From the IMG/VR virus record IMGVR_UViG_3300024181_000003, positions 13,801 through 77,800 of that record: a stretch of 64,000 nt of DNA. The stretch is one strand, 5' to 3'. The notes beneath the pieces are model-generated. The model was not told the DNA's origin. It searched no databases and saw only the letters and a list, made by a program, of their open reading frames with translations. The position numbers and the translations under genes are program-made. The DNA is from a virus (lineage: Duplodnaviria; Caudoviricetes). Positions 1-9,444 of this stretch are shown here, one piece after another. The first letter of the stretch is position 1, and every line of letters begins with the position of its first letter.

Positions 1-808
1 AGAGCGTGTCAAAACCAACCGCTTCAAGCAATCTGCCGAAGCCGTTGCAGTCATTGAGACGACCCAAGTAGCAAAGCAGATGAAGCAAGAGAGCGAAAAG
101 CTCGCTGCTGAGGCCGTCGCAGAAAAAGACCCCGTTAAAATGCGGGAGTCGGTCGAAAAATCGGTTCAGGCAGAGCGCGAAGCTCGCATCGCCGAAGAAA
201 CCGCCAGACAGCACGGCAAGATCATTGCTGACACTTGGATGGAAGACCACAAAGAAGACTTTGTACCTTGTTTGGCATCCTCAAACATCATAGGTGAGTA
301 CATGAAAGCTAACAATCTTTCACTCACTTATGAGAATCTTGAGAAGGCCTTCGAGGCCACGAAAACTCGACTGCCAAAGGTCGAGAAACAACCAGCAGTC
401 GAACCAACCCCTGTTACAAAGGTGGACAATCCGCCCGAAGTAACACCCGCAACGCCAGCCGCAGCCCCGGTGTTAATCACGCCGCCTGCCGCAGAGCCAG
501 CGGTGACAGAACCAACAGCGAACCCGCCAGCGGTGATACCTACCGCAGCGGCTCCCGCCTCGAACTCTACGCCTGTAGCAGCGGACAAATCCGCAGAAGC
601 TGCCCGTAGACCGGGGGTGAACGGCAGTGTTATGCCGGGAACGATGTCTGCAGCACGTCCCACGGTACAAGCACAACCGACTGACACCAGAGCCACACTA
701 CTGAAAGAGATTGCAAAGATGCCAGCGCAGGAATACCGCAAGAAGCTTCGTGACCCAAATTACGTCAAGAAGTTGAATGCGGCTGGAATCAAAGTAGTCG
801 GTTCATAA
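1..808 (+). CDS. Putative capsid scaffolding protein (5' truncated by window edge)
   Basis: Frame is open from position 2 to the stop at 808. Charged helical N-part, Pro/Ala/Thr-rich linker, basic C-terminal tip; lies directly upstream of the capsid gene. Confidence 0.55.
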   Translation, partial: ERVKTNRFKQSAEAVAVIETTQVAKQMKQESEKLAAEAVAEKDPVKMRESVEKSVQAEREARIAEETARQHGKIIADTWMEDHKEDFVPCLASSNIIGEYMKANNLSLTYENLEKAFEATKTRLPKVEKQPAVEPTPVTKVDNPPEVTPATPAAAPVLITPPAAEPAVTEPTANPPAVIPTAAAPASNSTPVAADKSAEAARRPGVNGSVMPGTMSAARPTVQAQPTDTRATLLKEIAKMPAQEYRKKLRDPNYVKKLNAAGIKVVGS

Positions 809-843
809 CACCTCAACGGTGAAACTCTAGGTAGAGAACCGAA

Positions 844-932
844 ATGAGCGGACCAACTCCCTCAGCATCAAACGTATCAAATGTACTCACCGCACAGGCT
901 ATCCTGTTCGACAAGGAACTTATTCCTAACCT
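844..932 (+). CDS. Major capsid protein, exon 1
   Basis: ATG 844 reads MSGPTPSASNVSNVLTAQAILFDKELIPNL and hits TAA unless spliced; joins exon 2 in frame (CT|A AAG GGT = L-K-G). Confidence 0.8.
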
Positions 933-1138
933 AAATTAACTTTGGGTCATCCGCGAGGATGAGAATTTTCTCTAATGGACTTGAACTCTGAGACTGAGAA
1001 CAAGGCGCAAGCGAAAGCAGCGTGAGAGACTAAATGAGAAAACGCCGAAAGGCGATGCGATAGTCCGTTCTGTTGGTAACATGAACCAACAGAGGTTGAC
1101 AGAAATGATCAACCCCTCGAAAGAGGTAACAAATAAAG
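933..1138 (+). ncRNA. Group I self-splicing intron, 206 nt, no internal ORF
   Basis: Exon ends in U932 and intron ends in G1138. P1 ACCU/GGGU with U.G; P10 CUUU(940-943)/AAAG; P2 CAUCC-GCGA-GGAUG; P3 UUUUCUC(966-972)/GAGAAAA(1036-1042); P7 GACUA(1028-1032)/UAGUC(1061-1065); P8 CGCC-GAAA-GGCG; P9 CUGUUGGU/ACCAACAG. Removal restores the frame. Confidence 0.88.
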
Positions 1139-2081
1139 AAAGGGTGAGACGGACGCATTTGTGGCCGTAGCAGAACGCCGTGTGCAGGGATTGCACATGG
1201 GCATCAACCGTCAGTTCTTCCAGTACAACACCCTATCGGGTGACACTGTACAGGCCGCTGACGGCAACGTTGGAGCACCAGAAGTTATCTCCCAGATCAG
1301 CGCCCCGGCGCAGGTCGGCGAGTGGAACAACTACTCCAACTTCTCGGCATTCGCAATCGCTTCGTCGATTGACGAATTGGTCGGGAACTCGGCAGTCGAA
1401 CTCGGCTATCAGGCCGGTCAGTCGATTTCCGAACTGTACAGCGCAGTAGCAGACAGCGCATCTTCTGTGGACGGCAACGTTTCGCAGAACTCGCTTCTGT
1501 CTTCGCCGTACACGCTTGATCTTGCGACCATCCGCGAGATGAAGCAGCAGCTGGTGTCGAACGACGTGCTTCCTTGCAAAAAGGGCATGTTCTACGGCGT
1601 CATCTCGCCGAACGTTCTGGGCGACATCTACAACGCAACGACCGTCAACAACTCGATCGTTGATTTGTTCAAGCGCACAGACGGCGGCATGAAGAAGTTC
1701 GACGAAATCGCTGGCTCTGACCAGACGAAGGAAATCGAACTGCCGGGCACGAACATCATGTTCCGTCAGACCCCGTTTGTCACGAAGACGGCTAACTACC
1801 AGTCCTCGGGCAAGACCGCATACCGCACCTACATCTTCGGCAACTACGCGATGATCGGTGTGTGGCTGCAGGTTCCGGGCGACACGGACCTTGATGAAGG
1901 CGACTGGCGTACGATCGACTGCAAAGTCGTGACCGACGCTCCTCCGTCTTCGTTCGACCCGACGGCAACCATCGGTGGCTGGGCATCTTACCGCTTCCAC
2001 CAGACGGTTACCCTTCCGCCTGCAACGGGTACCAACACCCAGCGCATCCGCTACATCGATAGCGTTCCGGCTATTCAATAG
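1139..2081 (+). CDS. Major capsid protein, exon 2 (spliced product 343 aa; N4-gp56-like HK97 fold suspected)
   Basis: RRVQGLHMGINRQFFQYNTL resembles the N-terminal E-loop region of N4-gp56-like capsids; size and position after the scaffold fit. Confidence 0.75.
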
Positions 2082-2094
2082 CCATAACAATTTC

Positions 2095-2123
2095 TTGACA
2101 CGGGTTGCAACCTGTGCTAAGAT
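2095..2123 (+). promoter_or_regulatory. Sigma70-type promoter for the downstream endonuclease
   Basis: TTGACA-N17-TAAGAT with extended -10 TG. Confidence 0.7.
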
Positions 2124-2126
2124 TAA

Positions 2127-2163
2127 GAGTAGGAGGGTGCGCCTAGAACGCATCCTCCGACTC
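2127..2163 (+). promoter_or_regulatory. Strong 5'-UTR hairpin
   Basis: GAGTAGGAGGGTGCG / CGCATCCTCCGACTC, 14 of 15 pairs, between the promoter and ATG 2183. Confidence 0.55.
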
Positions 2164-2182
2164 ACTCTTTCTAGGAGAGCGT

Positions 2183-2764
2183 ATGACGCAATTAAACGAT
2201 TTGACCGCACGCATTTTTGGTCGGCTAACTGTAGAAAAAAGACTCCCTAACCATACCACGTCTGGGGGCAACTCGGTGGTGATGTGGCTCTGCAAATGCA
2301 TGTGTGGTACAGCGATATCCGTTTCGTCCAACTCATTGGTTGAAAATAAAACAAAATCATGTGGTTGTTTACAACGAGAAAGCACTAGAAAGTTGGGGTG
2401 GGCCAACACCAAACATGGCGGATATTCCGCATCTGCTACATACGAAGAGCAAGTTAAACACCAAGCCCTTGTGAACATAAAAGAAAGAGCCAGACGCAGA
2501 GGCTACGATTCCGATTTGACGGTCGAAGACCTTCCAGAGCTAACGGCGTTCTGTCCTGTGTTGGGTATAAAATATAATCGAGGCTCATTGAAAGACAAGA
2601 ACGCATCCCCGTCGATAGACAGAAAAAACACAAATCTTCCCTATCTTAAAAAGCACAGAGATAATCTTGTTTTCATTTCGCATCGAGCCAACAGAATTAA
2701 AACAGACGCTACTGTCGCTGAGATTAGAAAAGTTTTAGAATACGTAGAAGCACAAGGACAATAA
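2183..2764 (+). CDS. Free-standing HNH-like homing endonuclease
   Basis: N-terminal DLT..IFGRLTV...WLCKCMCG...KSCGC; C-terminal CPVLG...PSIDR...SHRANRIK; AT-rich relative to neighbours. Confidence 0.7.
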   Translation: MTQLNDLTARIFGRLTVEKRLPNHTTSGGNSVVMWLCKCMCGTAISVSSNSLVENKTKSCGCLQRESTRKLGWANTKHGGYSASATYEEQVKHQALVNIKERARRRGYDSDLTVEDLPELTAFCPVLGIKYNRGSLKDKNASPSIDRKNTNLPYLKKHRDNLVFISHRANRIKTDATVAEIRKVLEYVEAQGQ

Positions 2765-2765
2765 A

Positions 2766-3437
2766 ATGGGTGTAGACAATAGAATTGAAACAGTAGCAGG
2801 TTTGAAACACGTCGAGGACCCGATCAGAGAGCATCATGATCTCCCTACGACCCGGGCGACCATCCAAGAAATCTTGGCTGGTGGAACACCCAACTGGGTG
2901 AAGTGGCCCGAAGACTATAAAGAGTACGCTCGTGAGGCTTTTGCAGCCGAGAAAGCAATCTCCGATGAGATGGCCGAGCAGTACCAGATCGAAGACCAAG
3001 AGCACCTGACAAACGAGGTAGCTCGCAAGATTAATCCGATGTCCACTGACCAGTTTTTGTACAAACTTCGTCAGGCTGGCATCAAATGCTTCACTGTCTA
3101 CAACGGATTGCCCCAGACCTTGGGTCTATGGTGCATCCCTCCCAAGCGGACCAGCGTTGCCCGGTACATCTGCTACGTGCAGGACCCGGCAATGTACGAG
3201 TGGTCTGTTCTTCGTGTAGACCGTCACGGCATTCCGATCGGTGAGAAGTTCCGTGGATGGCGCACGGTCATTACTGAACTGATCAAGAAAGACATCCTGA
3301 CCGAATATCAGGCACATCAAGTTTTTGGACACGCCTCTCAACACCCATGCTACGCCCGGTACCAACGCACGTTGTGGGAAATCCGCAACGGCAAGAAGTT
3401 CACCGACGTCGCTATTGAAGAGAAGGATGTCCTTTAA
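2766..3437 (+). CDS. Hypothetical protein (head module)
   Basis: 223-aa ORF with phage-typical codon usage, tightly packed. Confidence 0.6.
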   Translation: MGVDNRIETVAGLKHVEDPIREHHDLPTTRATIQEILAGGTPNWVKWPEDYKEYAREAFAAEKAISDEMAEQYQIEDQEHLTNEVARKINPMSTDQFLYKLRQAGIKCFTVYNGLPQTLGLWCIPPKRTSVARYICYVQDPAMYEWSVLRVDRHGIPIGEKFRGWRTVITELIKKDILTEYQAHQVFGHASQHPCYARYQRTLWEIRNGKKFTDVAIEEKDVL

Positions 3438-3518
3438 AGGCTAGCCGTTGGCCTTAAAAGTTACGGCAACAATACATGACGCACGTCCAACGCTTGGCCG
3501 TGCAAAAGGACAAAATAC

Positions 3519-4166
3519 ATGTCAGACGTAAAGAAGCCGAAGTCGGTCTTCGATCAGCTTGCCGAAGGCACTGTTCCGACCACCGAGGCAGCACTACCAC
3601 CAGCATCACCCGCACCAGTTGCAGCACCGACAGGCGTTGACAGCAACGTCCTAGCTCAGTTGCTCAACTACCTCATCCTCAAAGAGGGTCGTGAGGCAGC
3701 AGCGGCAGAAGAGCAGTTGGTCAGAGAGAAGGCCCGTCAAAAGCAGCGCGACCGCAACGCCAAGGACCAAGACGCAAAGTCCCTTGTCAAGCAGGCACGT
3801 TGTAAGCACTTGAAGGGCGGCAAGAAAGGTCCTAAGACACAGAACAAGGACTACGCCGTTTATCAGCACGTTTTCATCGCATTCACAACGTACATCCGTT
3901 GCCGTATTTGCGGTATGAAGTGGTTCCCGCAAGACACAATCGATTACCTGATGAGAAACGGTAAGAAGATTTCTAACCACACGAAGATCGGTTGGCGCGA
4001 AGCGGTTGCTATGACCGATGCTTCGACCGACACGATGTCGAAGTCGGAAGCAATTCCGAACGCAAATCCGACCGGAGCGGCGCAGTTCACAGACGCATTC
4101 GGTAACACCACCAACAACAGAGTCACCGACCTAGAAGGCAACCTAGTCGATAACGTCGAGTTGTAA
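3519..4166 (+). CDS. Hypothetical protein with coiled coil and possible Zn site
   Basis: 215 aa; RBS AGGA; CKH...HVF...CRIC motif. Confidence 0.6.
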   Translation: MSDVKKPKSVFDQLAEGTVPTTEAALPPASPAPVAAPTGVDSNVLAQLLNYLILKEGREAAAAEEQLVREKARQKQRDRNAKDQDAKSLVKQARCKHLKGGKKGPKTQNKDYAVYQHVFIAFTTYIRCRICGMKWFPQDTIDYLMRNGKKISNHTKIGWREAVAMTDASTDTMSKSEAIPNANPTGAAQFTDAFGNTTNNRVTDLEGNLVDNVEL

Positions 4167-4175
4167 GGCACATTC

Positions 4176-4195
4176 GGGGGCAGGCAACTGCCCCC
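4176..4195 (+). terminator. GC-rich hairpin, possible terminator or processing site
   Basis: GGGGGCAG-GCAA-CTGCCCCC just after a stop codon; U-tract is weak. Confidence 0.45.
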
Positions 4196-4312
4196 TCTCA
4201 ATTAAAAATGAACTCCGTCTCGAACACACCTACAACACAGCCAATTTCCCACGGCTGCATTTCTCATCACATTATTGCGCTCTTTCAAACTGCGCTACAG
4301 GTGTTTTAATAC

Positions 4313-5131
4313 ATGAGCCTTGTTCTGACTCCTCTCTTTTCGGATGCTTTGACGACAACTGCGAATCCGTTGAACCCGACAAACTGGACCACGGCCACCG
4401 GGGCAACAAATTTGAAAGTTACCGGCGGCAACTGTGAAGGAACATCAGTAGGTGGTTTTAACGCAGAGTACTGGAGCAATGGCGTCTTCCCGAACGACCA
4501 GTACGGCTCTATCAAAATCACTGGCGCAATCCCGCTAGGCTCAGGTAGCACTCTTCTTGTAGGCGCACGCTGCAACGCGGATGCGTCTCAAGGATTCTTT
4601 TTAGAAGCTTTCGACAACGCCAGCACAGCAGGGCATTTGGATTTGGTGATCGCGGACGCGGCAAGCAACACCCTTTTTGACAGCCCGTCTCTTCCTTACT
4701 CTGTCGGAGATGTGTTTACCATTGCGGTTGTGGGCACAACCGTGTATGCGATTCAAAACGGAGTAGTGATCGGCAGCGTGGTCAGCAGCTTGTATTCGTC
4801 TGGTTTTGTCATGCTGGGAACTATACCCTTCTCTGCCCTAACGGATGTCAAGGCCAATAGTTTCGTAGCTGGCAGCGCAGCGGTCGCCGCTCTTGCCTAC
4901 AGCGTACCAGACTGCCGCAACTCTTATTGCGGCTTGGTGCAGACAACCCACGTATACCCGAATGGCAACAGAACCGTTCAGGGCACCGTGATCTACGACG
5001 TCGAGACCAGCAACAACGCAGCTATACCGCCAACAGATTCGCGGACAGCAGGAGCACCAGTAGACAGTCGTACTGCATCGAACAAACCTCAGAACAGCAG
5101 AACGCCCGGAACCTTTGGGCCGGGAGAGTAA
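4313..5131 (+). CDS. Beta-rich lectin-like virion protein with DSR-repeat C-terminal tail
   Basis: W/Y/G-rich beta-sandwich-like body; ends PPTDSRTAGAPVDSR...NSRTPGTFGPGE. Confidence 0.6.
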   Translation: MSLVLTPLFSDALTTTANPLNPTNWTTATGATNLKVTGGNCEGTSVGGFNAEYWSNGVFPNDQYGSIKITGAIPLGSGSTLLVGARCNADASQGFFLEAFDNASTAGHLDLVIADAASNTLFDSPSLPYSVGDVFTIAVVGTTVYAIQNGVVIGSVVSSLYSSGFVMLGTIPFSALTDVKANSFVAGSAAVAALAYSVPDCRNSYCGLVQTTHVYPNGNRTVQGTVIYDVETSNNAAIPPTDSRTAGAPVDSRTASNKPQNSRTPGTFGPGE

Positions 5132-6028
5132 ATGCCCCTTGTATTTCACACGACTCACACTGATGCGTTGAACGGCCCGGACTCAACTCTAAACACCACC
5201 ACAGGTGATGGAGTGTTGAAGAGCGTCACCTTCGCGGACCAACCGGTTCTACCGTTGGTTGTCAAGAATAACATTCTTACTCCGTCTGACCCGACGCGTT
5301 ATTGGGGCTACGGAACTTTTGTCAACCCATTGCCGGAAACAGGCGGCAGATGGATGGAGTTTGAAATTGGAAAGTTCATGACAGGTAACTGGCCTGCCAT
5401 AACCGACTCCACGATCACATTTTATTTGTACACAGACCCCAACTTCGAGTACCCCACGTCGTACGCAGGATTTGAGGTATATGCCGGGTACTTTGATGTT
5501 AGTCAGCAGATGAACGTGGCCGTGCTCGACAGCACGACCGATACTTACGACGCGAATCCGCCGCCAGATAATCCGCAAGGCTATTACGGCTTCAAGTACT
5601 GGCGTCCATATATGCCGCAACAGGGCGATGTGTGGCGAATGGCCGTGGTTGGAACAACGTGGTGGCTCTTCTTGAACGGCGTTGAGTACGGCACCGGAAG
5701 TTTTGGCGCGGCTGCTCTCGCAGGCAAGGCGGCCAGTATCTGGCTCGGCGAAGACCCTTTGTACGACGCCGGATTGAACGATCTTGGGATTATAAACTTT
5801 AAGGCAGGCACCGTCGAGTTGAGCGCGTATAGCCAGCCTGACAGTCGAGTAAAATCAAATTATCTTCGCGTGTCGCAAGACACGATGATCTACGATGTTC
5901 AGATCAGCAGCAACCCAACAGTTCCGCCAGTGGATAGTCGCACAGCCGGGGCACCACAAGATTGTCGAGTATCGAGTATCGTGCCCGGAAATAGCAGAAC
6001 GCCCGGCACATATGGGCCCGGAGAGTAG
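5132..6028 (+). CDS. Beta-rich lectin-like virion protein with the same C-terminal tail
   Basis: Ends PPVDSRTAGAPQDCR...NSRTPGTYGPGE; abuts the previous gene. Confidence 0.6.
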   Translation: MPLVFHTTHTDALNGPDSTLNTTTGDGVLKSVTFADQPVLPLVVKNNILTPSDPTRYWGYGTFVNPLPETGGRWMEFEIGKFMTGNWPAITDSTITFYLYTDPNFEYPTSYAGFEVYAGYFDVSQQMNVAVLDSTTDTYDANPPPDNPQGYYGFKYWRPYMPQQGDVWRMAVVGTTWWLFLNGVEYGTGSFGAAALAGKAASIWLGEDPLYDAGLNDLGIINFKAGTVELSAYSQPDSRVKSNYLRVSQDTMIYDVQISSNPTVPPVDSRTAGAPQDCRVSSIVPGNSRTPGTYGPGE

Positions 6029-6065
6029 AATTTAATTCGCAAGTCAGATAGCAGTGAGGAAGACA

Positions 6066-6788
6066 ATGGCAGTAGACAAACCCGTCGATCTTAATTCGGC
6101 ATTCGGAGCGATAGTCAGAGCGAAAGAGGCTCTTGAGGAACGGCAACAAGACAGCATCCGTGGACCGCAAGGCCCTAGAGGTGAACAGGGACCCCAAGGA
6201 CCACGAGGCGAAAGAGGCCCGATGGGCTTGCGTGGAGAGACCGGACATCAGGGTGAAGAAGGACCGCAAGGACCTCGTGGCGTACAAGGTAAGCAGGGCG
6301 CAACCGGCCCGATGGGTGAAATAGGACCCAAGGGCGATCGTGGACCGAAGGGTGAACAAGGACCAGAGGGTCCTCGTGGCGAAAAAGGCGAGCCGGGTCC
6401 GCAGGGCGAGCGCGGCGAGCGTGGACTGCAAGGCCCGAAAGGCGACAAAGGTCCGCAAGGTTTGACAGGCGAACGCGGCTTCAAAGGTCCGCAGGGCGAT
6501 CGTGGTGAAACCGGACCACGCGGCGAGAAAGGCGAAAAGGGCGACACAGGTCTGACCGGCAACCAAGGCGAGCGTGGTCCTCAGGGCGAGCGTGGTCCGC
6601 AAGGCATGACCGAAGAACAGATTAGACAGGTTGTGATAGCCGCGTTGTCAGACGCAGGTGTTATCACCGAACAAGCCGCGAAGCTTGTAGCGATTCGCGC
6701 AGAATTGAAGAAGATGATAGCGGAGACTGACGCAAGACACATCAGTGAAGTATCGGCTTTGGTGCGTCGAGTGGACAAACTGTTTTAA
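6066..6788 (+). CDS. Collagen-like fibre protein
   Basis: About 50 uninterrupted Gly-X-Y triplets flanked by short helical domains. Confidence 0.85.
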   Translation: MAVDKPVDLNSAFGAIVRAKEALEERQQDSIRGPQGPRGEQGPQGPRGERGPMGLRGETGHQGEEGPQGPRGVQGKQGATGPMGEIGPKGDRGPKGEQGPEGPRGEKGEPGPQGERGERGLQGPKGDKGPQGLTGERGFKGPQGDRGETGPRGEKGEKGDTGLTGNQGERGPQGERGPQGMTEEQIRQVVIAALSDAGVITEQAAKLVAIRAELKKMIAETDARHISEVSALVRRVDKLF

Positions 6789-6791
6789 CCT

Positions 6792-8378
6792 ATGAGCAAC
6801 TCACTTGTAAGTCCATCACCGAACCCGGGCATGGTGCTGTGCGGAATTTACAACGCCACACCTCCTGCGCCATCAAACGGTCAAGCACTCGGCTTCCAGA
6901 TGGACAGCCAAGGCAACTTGATGGTCAACGTTGTCGCTGGCGGCGGTGGGGGCGGCGGCAACGTCAATCTAACAGGTATCAACAGCGTAGCACCGTCGGT
7001 CACGAATCCTTTGTTCGTGGAGCTATCGGACGGCTCTGCTGCGTTCGGTACAGCAGGTAATCCGCTGAGTGTCAACGTTCTATCAGGCGGTGGTTCAAAC
7101 GCTTCGGTCGGCCTGACAGGCGCGACCGCACCAACGTCCGCAACGGAAACCGGTGGCATAGATTCGGCGGGTAAGTTACAATCTCCTGCGGTCAATCTTT
7201 TGAGTCGTCAGCCGGTCGATACAGACTTTGCTCTTGAAACGATGTCCATGATTCATGGGCATACGACAGCAGGCGGCGGCAGCTACGTAGACGTAAAGGT
7301 CAATCCTTCCGGTTCACTTTCGACACAGGATGGCGCGGACGGCAGCACAGCTGCTGCGGTTCCTTCTCTTGCTATACAAGTTGGTGGCTCTGACGGCACC
7401 AATTTGCGTGCGCTGGCTACCGGCACAGACGGCGTACTGAAAGAGAATCTTGCACAGGTCGCAGGTGCGACCGTAGCGACAGCGGCGTCTGGTATTCAGA
7501 AAGTCGGTCTAACAGACGGTAGCGGAACGGCGATCACAAGCACAGGCGCGGCTCTCGACGTAAACATCAAGAGCGGTATTTCAAACCCGCTTCCGATTAG
7601 TGGTACGGTCACAACGAACGCAGATACGACAATCGGTGGAACTGTTGCGCCGAGTAAAGAACTTTTGGTTGCAGGAAAAACCAACGACGGTACGCCTCAA
7701 TATCAGCCCATTCCAGAAGGTGCTGGCGGTCGCTCTGTTATTGTTGAAGGAATTGGCGGCGGCACAGCAATTCCAGTCACTGGAACTCTGACTGCCGTAA
7801 CAAGCATCACCAACCAAGTTGACGAGAATTTGAAACAAGTCGGCGGTGCTAACGTATCAACTGCAGCATCCGGCGTTCAGAAGGTCGGCGTCGTAGGCAA
7901 CGCAGGCGCGGCGTTTGACGCACCTGTAACAGGCACGGCCCCGGCCAACGCTGTCTATCAAGGCTTGCGTGCCGCAACCACATATCCGACAGCAGGCACA
8001 GACGGCCAGATGGTCGCCTCGATGTCAGACAAGGCCGGACGTTCGGTTGTGGTAGCGAACGCACCCCGTGATTTGATCGGTACTGCGGTCGTATCTAATA
8101 ACTCTACGGCGTCGGGCGTCAGCTTCATCGGAGCAGGCGCATCTGGTGTGTTCAACGACATCATCACATTTATTGCAACCAACCGCTCCTCGACTGCAAC
8201 AGTTATCACTTTGACTGACGGCACTGCGTCGTACACTTTCGCTATCGCCGGAAATGGCGGTATCGTGATCAATTTCCCAACGCCACTCCCTGCAACATCG
8301 TCTGCCACTGCGTGGACAATTGGTAACTCCGCAACGGTTGCTTGCGACTACATCGCGGTCTACGCGAAGAACAAGTAA
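6792..8378 (+). CDS. Gly/Ala/Thr-rich fibre-like structural protein
   Basis: 528 aa; internal repeat ENL.QV.GA.V.TAASG.QKVG present twice. Confidence 0.6.
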   Translation: MSNSLVSPSPNPGMVLCGIYNATPPAPSNGQALGFQMDSQGNLMVNVVAGGGGGGGNVNLTGINSVAPSVTNPLFVELSDGSAAFGTAGNPLSVNVLSGGGSNASVGLTGATAPTSATETGGIDSAGKLQSPAVNLLSRQPVDTDFALETMSMIHGHTTAGGGSYVDVKVNPSGSLSTQDGADGSTAAAVPSLAIQVGGSDGTNLRALATGTDGVLKENLAQVAGATVATAASGIQKVGLTDGSGTAITSTGAALDVNIKSGISNPLPISGTVTTNADTTIGGTVAPSKELLVAGKTNDGTPQYQPIPEGAGGRSVIVEGIGGGTAIPVTGTLTAVTSITNQVDENLKQVGGANVSTAASGVQKVGVVGNAGAAFDAPVTGTAPANAVYQGLRAATTYPTAGTDGQMVASMSDKAGRSVVVANAPRDLIGTAVVSNNSTASGVSFIGAGASGVFNDIITFIATNRSSTATVITLTDGTASYTFAIAGNGGIVINFPTPLPATSSATAWTIGNSATVACDYIAVYAKNK

Positions 8379-8387
8379 GGTGCGCTG

Positions 8388-9104
8388 ATGGCACTTGCGC
8401 ACGTTCAAAGCAAAGTTAACAGCAATACAAGCACGACGACGATAGCTGGCGCGTACGCGAGTAACGTCACATCCGGTAACTTATTGGTTGTTCTTTGGGA
8501 AATTCAAGGAACGGCACTGACTCAGCCAACCACTGTGTCTATATCTGACACGATCGGCAATGTGTGGATTCCTGTGTACGGCAGCATTCAAAACGTCACA
8601 GGTGTCACCCCGAAAGTATCCGTCCAAGGTTGGTGTTGTGTGACCAAATCGTCCGGTGCAAACACCGTGACGCTAACGTACAACGCCAGCGGTACTGTCG
8701 GGCTGAGCATGCTATGCACTTCTGAGTTTTCCGGGTGGACCGGCACCACAGCTACGATCGACTCTGGTGTATTCGCAACATCGGCTGGCGGCGCTGCCGG
8801 AACCTATGCGTTCCCGACACTGACGTTCGTAACCAACCACGCTAATGAAGTCATTTTTGCTATTGAAATTGTGAGCGGAACAAACTCAATCACGTCAAGC
8901 ACCTATACAGCGCCATTCACAAAAACGGCAACAGGGACGGCGAACCTTAATTGCGGCTATCATCTGCCGGGTGCAGCAGGCACGTATAATGAAAACGGAA
9001 CTTGGGTTACAGCTGCATCATCCAACGGCATTATCGCTTTTGGAGTTGCGATCGCACAGCCGTCACTGTCAAATGCTTTAATGTTGATGGGTTGCGGGAC
9101 TTAG
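8388..9104 (+). CDS. Putative tail or fibre protein
   Basis: S/T/G-rich; SNVTSGNLLVV...SISDTIGN module is shared with 16301..18043. Confidence 0.55.
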   Translation: MALAHVQSKVNSNTSTTTIAGAYASNVTSGNLLVVLWEIQGTALTQPTTVSISDTIGNVWIPVYGSIQNVTGVTPKVSVQGWCCVTKSSGANTVTLTYNASGTVGLSMLCTSEFSGWTGTTATIDSGVFATSAGGAAGTYAFPTLTFVTNHANEVIFAIEIVSGTNSITSSTYTAPFTKTATGTANLNCGYHLPGAAGTYNENGTWVTAASSNGIIAFGVAIAQPSLSNALMLMGCGT

Positions 9105-9111
9105 GAGATAT

Positions 9112-9444
9112 ATGGCAAAACAGATCATAATTTTGGGCGTCTCTACGTCGCCTCTTCTTAATAACATCAACTGCGTCTTCTGGTATCCGATCACGTCATC
9201 TGCAAAGGCGGTGTCCGGCATCAGCGCATGGCCCGGCGCATCGGCTGCGGAGAATGCTGCTATTCAGAATGGCTCGGTGTTGGAAGAAACGGGTTCTTTC
9301 CAAATCCCTGTCGGCTTCGGTTCAGTAAACACCAAAGCATTTCTGCTGCAGTACTGGACCAACAGAAACACTCAGTTAAACGGTGTTGGGCCCGGCTTTC
9401 TAGCCAACGTGTTTGACGACTCAATCACCGGCTGGAGTGCTTGA
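9112..9444 (+). CDS. Hypothetical virion protein
   Basis: 110 aa; RBS AGGAG; stop overlaps the next start. Confidence 0.6.
   Translation: MAKQIIILGVSTSPLLNNINCVFWYPITSSAKAVSGISAWPGASAAENAAIQNGSVLEETGSFQIPVGFGSVNTKAFLLQYWTNRNTQLNGVGPGFLANVFDDSITGWSA

Noticed and set aside
1161-2081. GTG 1161 as capsid start
   Set aside because: No RBS; the frame continues upstream to the intron 3' splice site and joins exon 1.
1233-2210. Long antisense ORFs (also 5904..6602, 20892..21503, 41687..42442, 44407..45045, 52089..52880)
   Set aside because: Shadow frames of GC-rich genes with no motifs or RBS.
4209-4310. 33-aa ORF MNSVSNTP...
   Set aside because: No RBS and atypical composition; cannot be supported.
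4960-6028. Diversity-generating retroelement (TR/VR) in the shared C-termini
   Set aside because: Differences are not adenine-specific, both copies are coding, and no reverse transcriptase is present.
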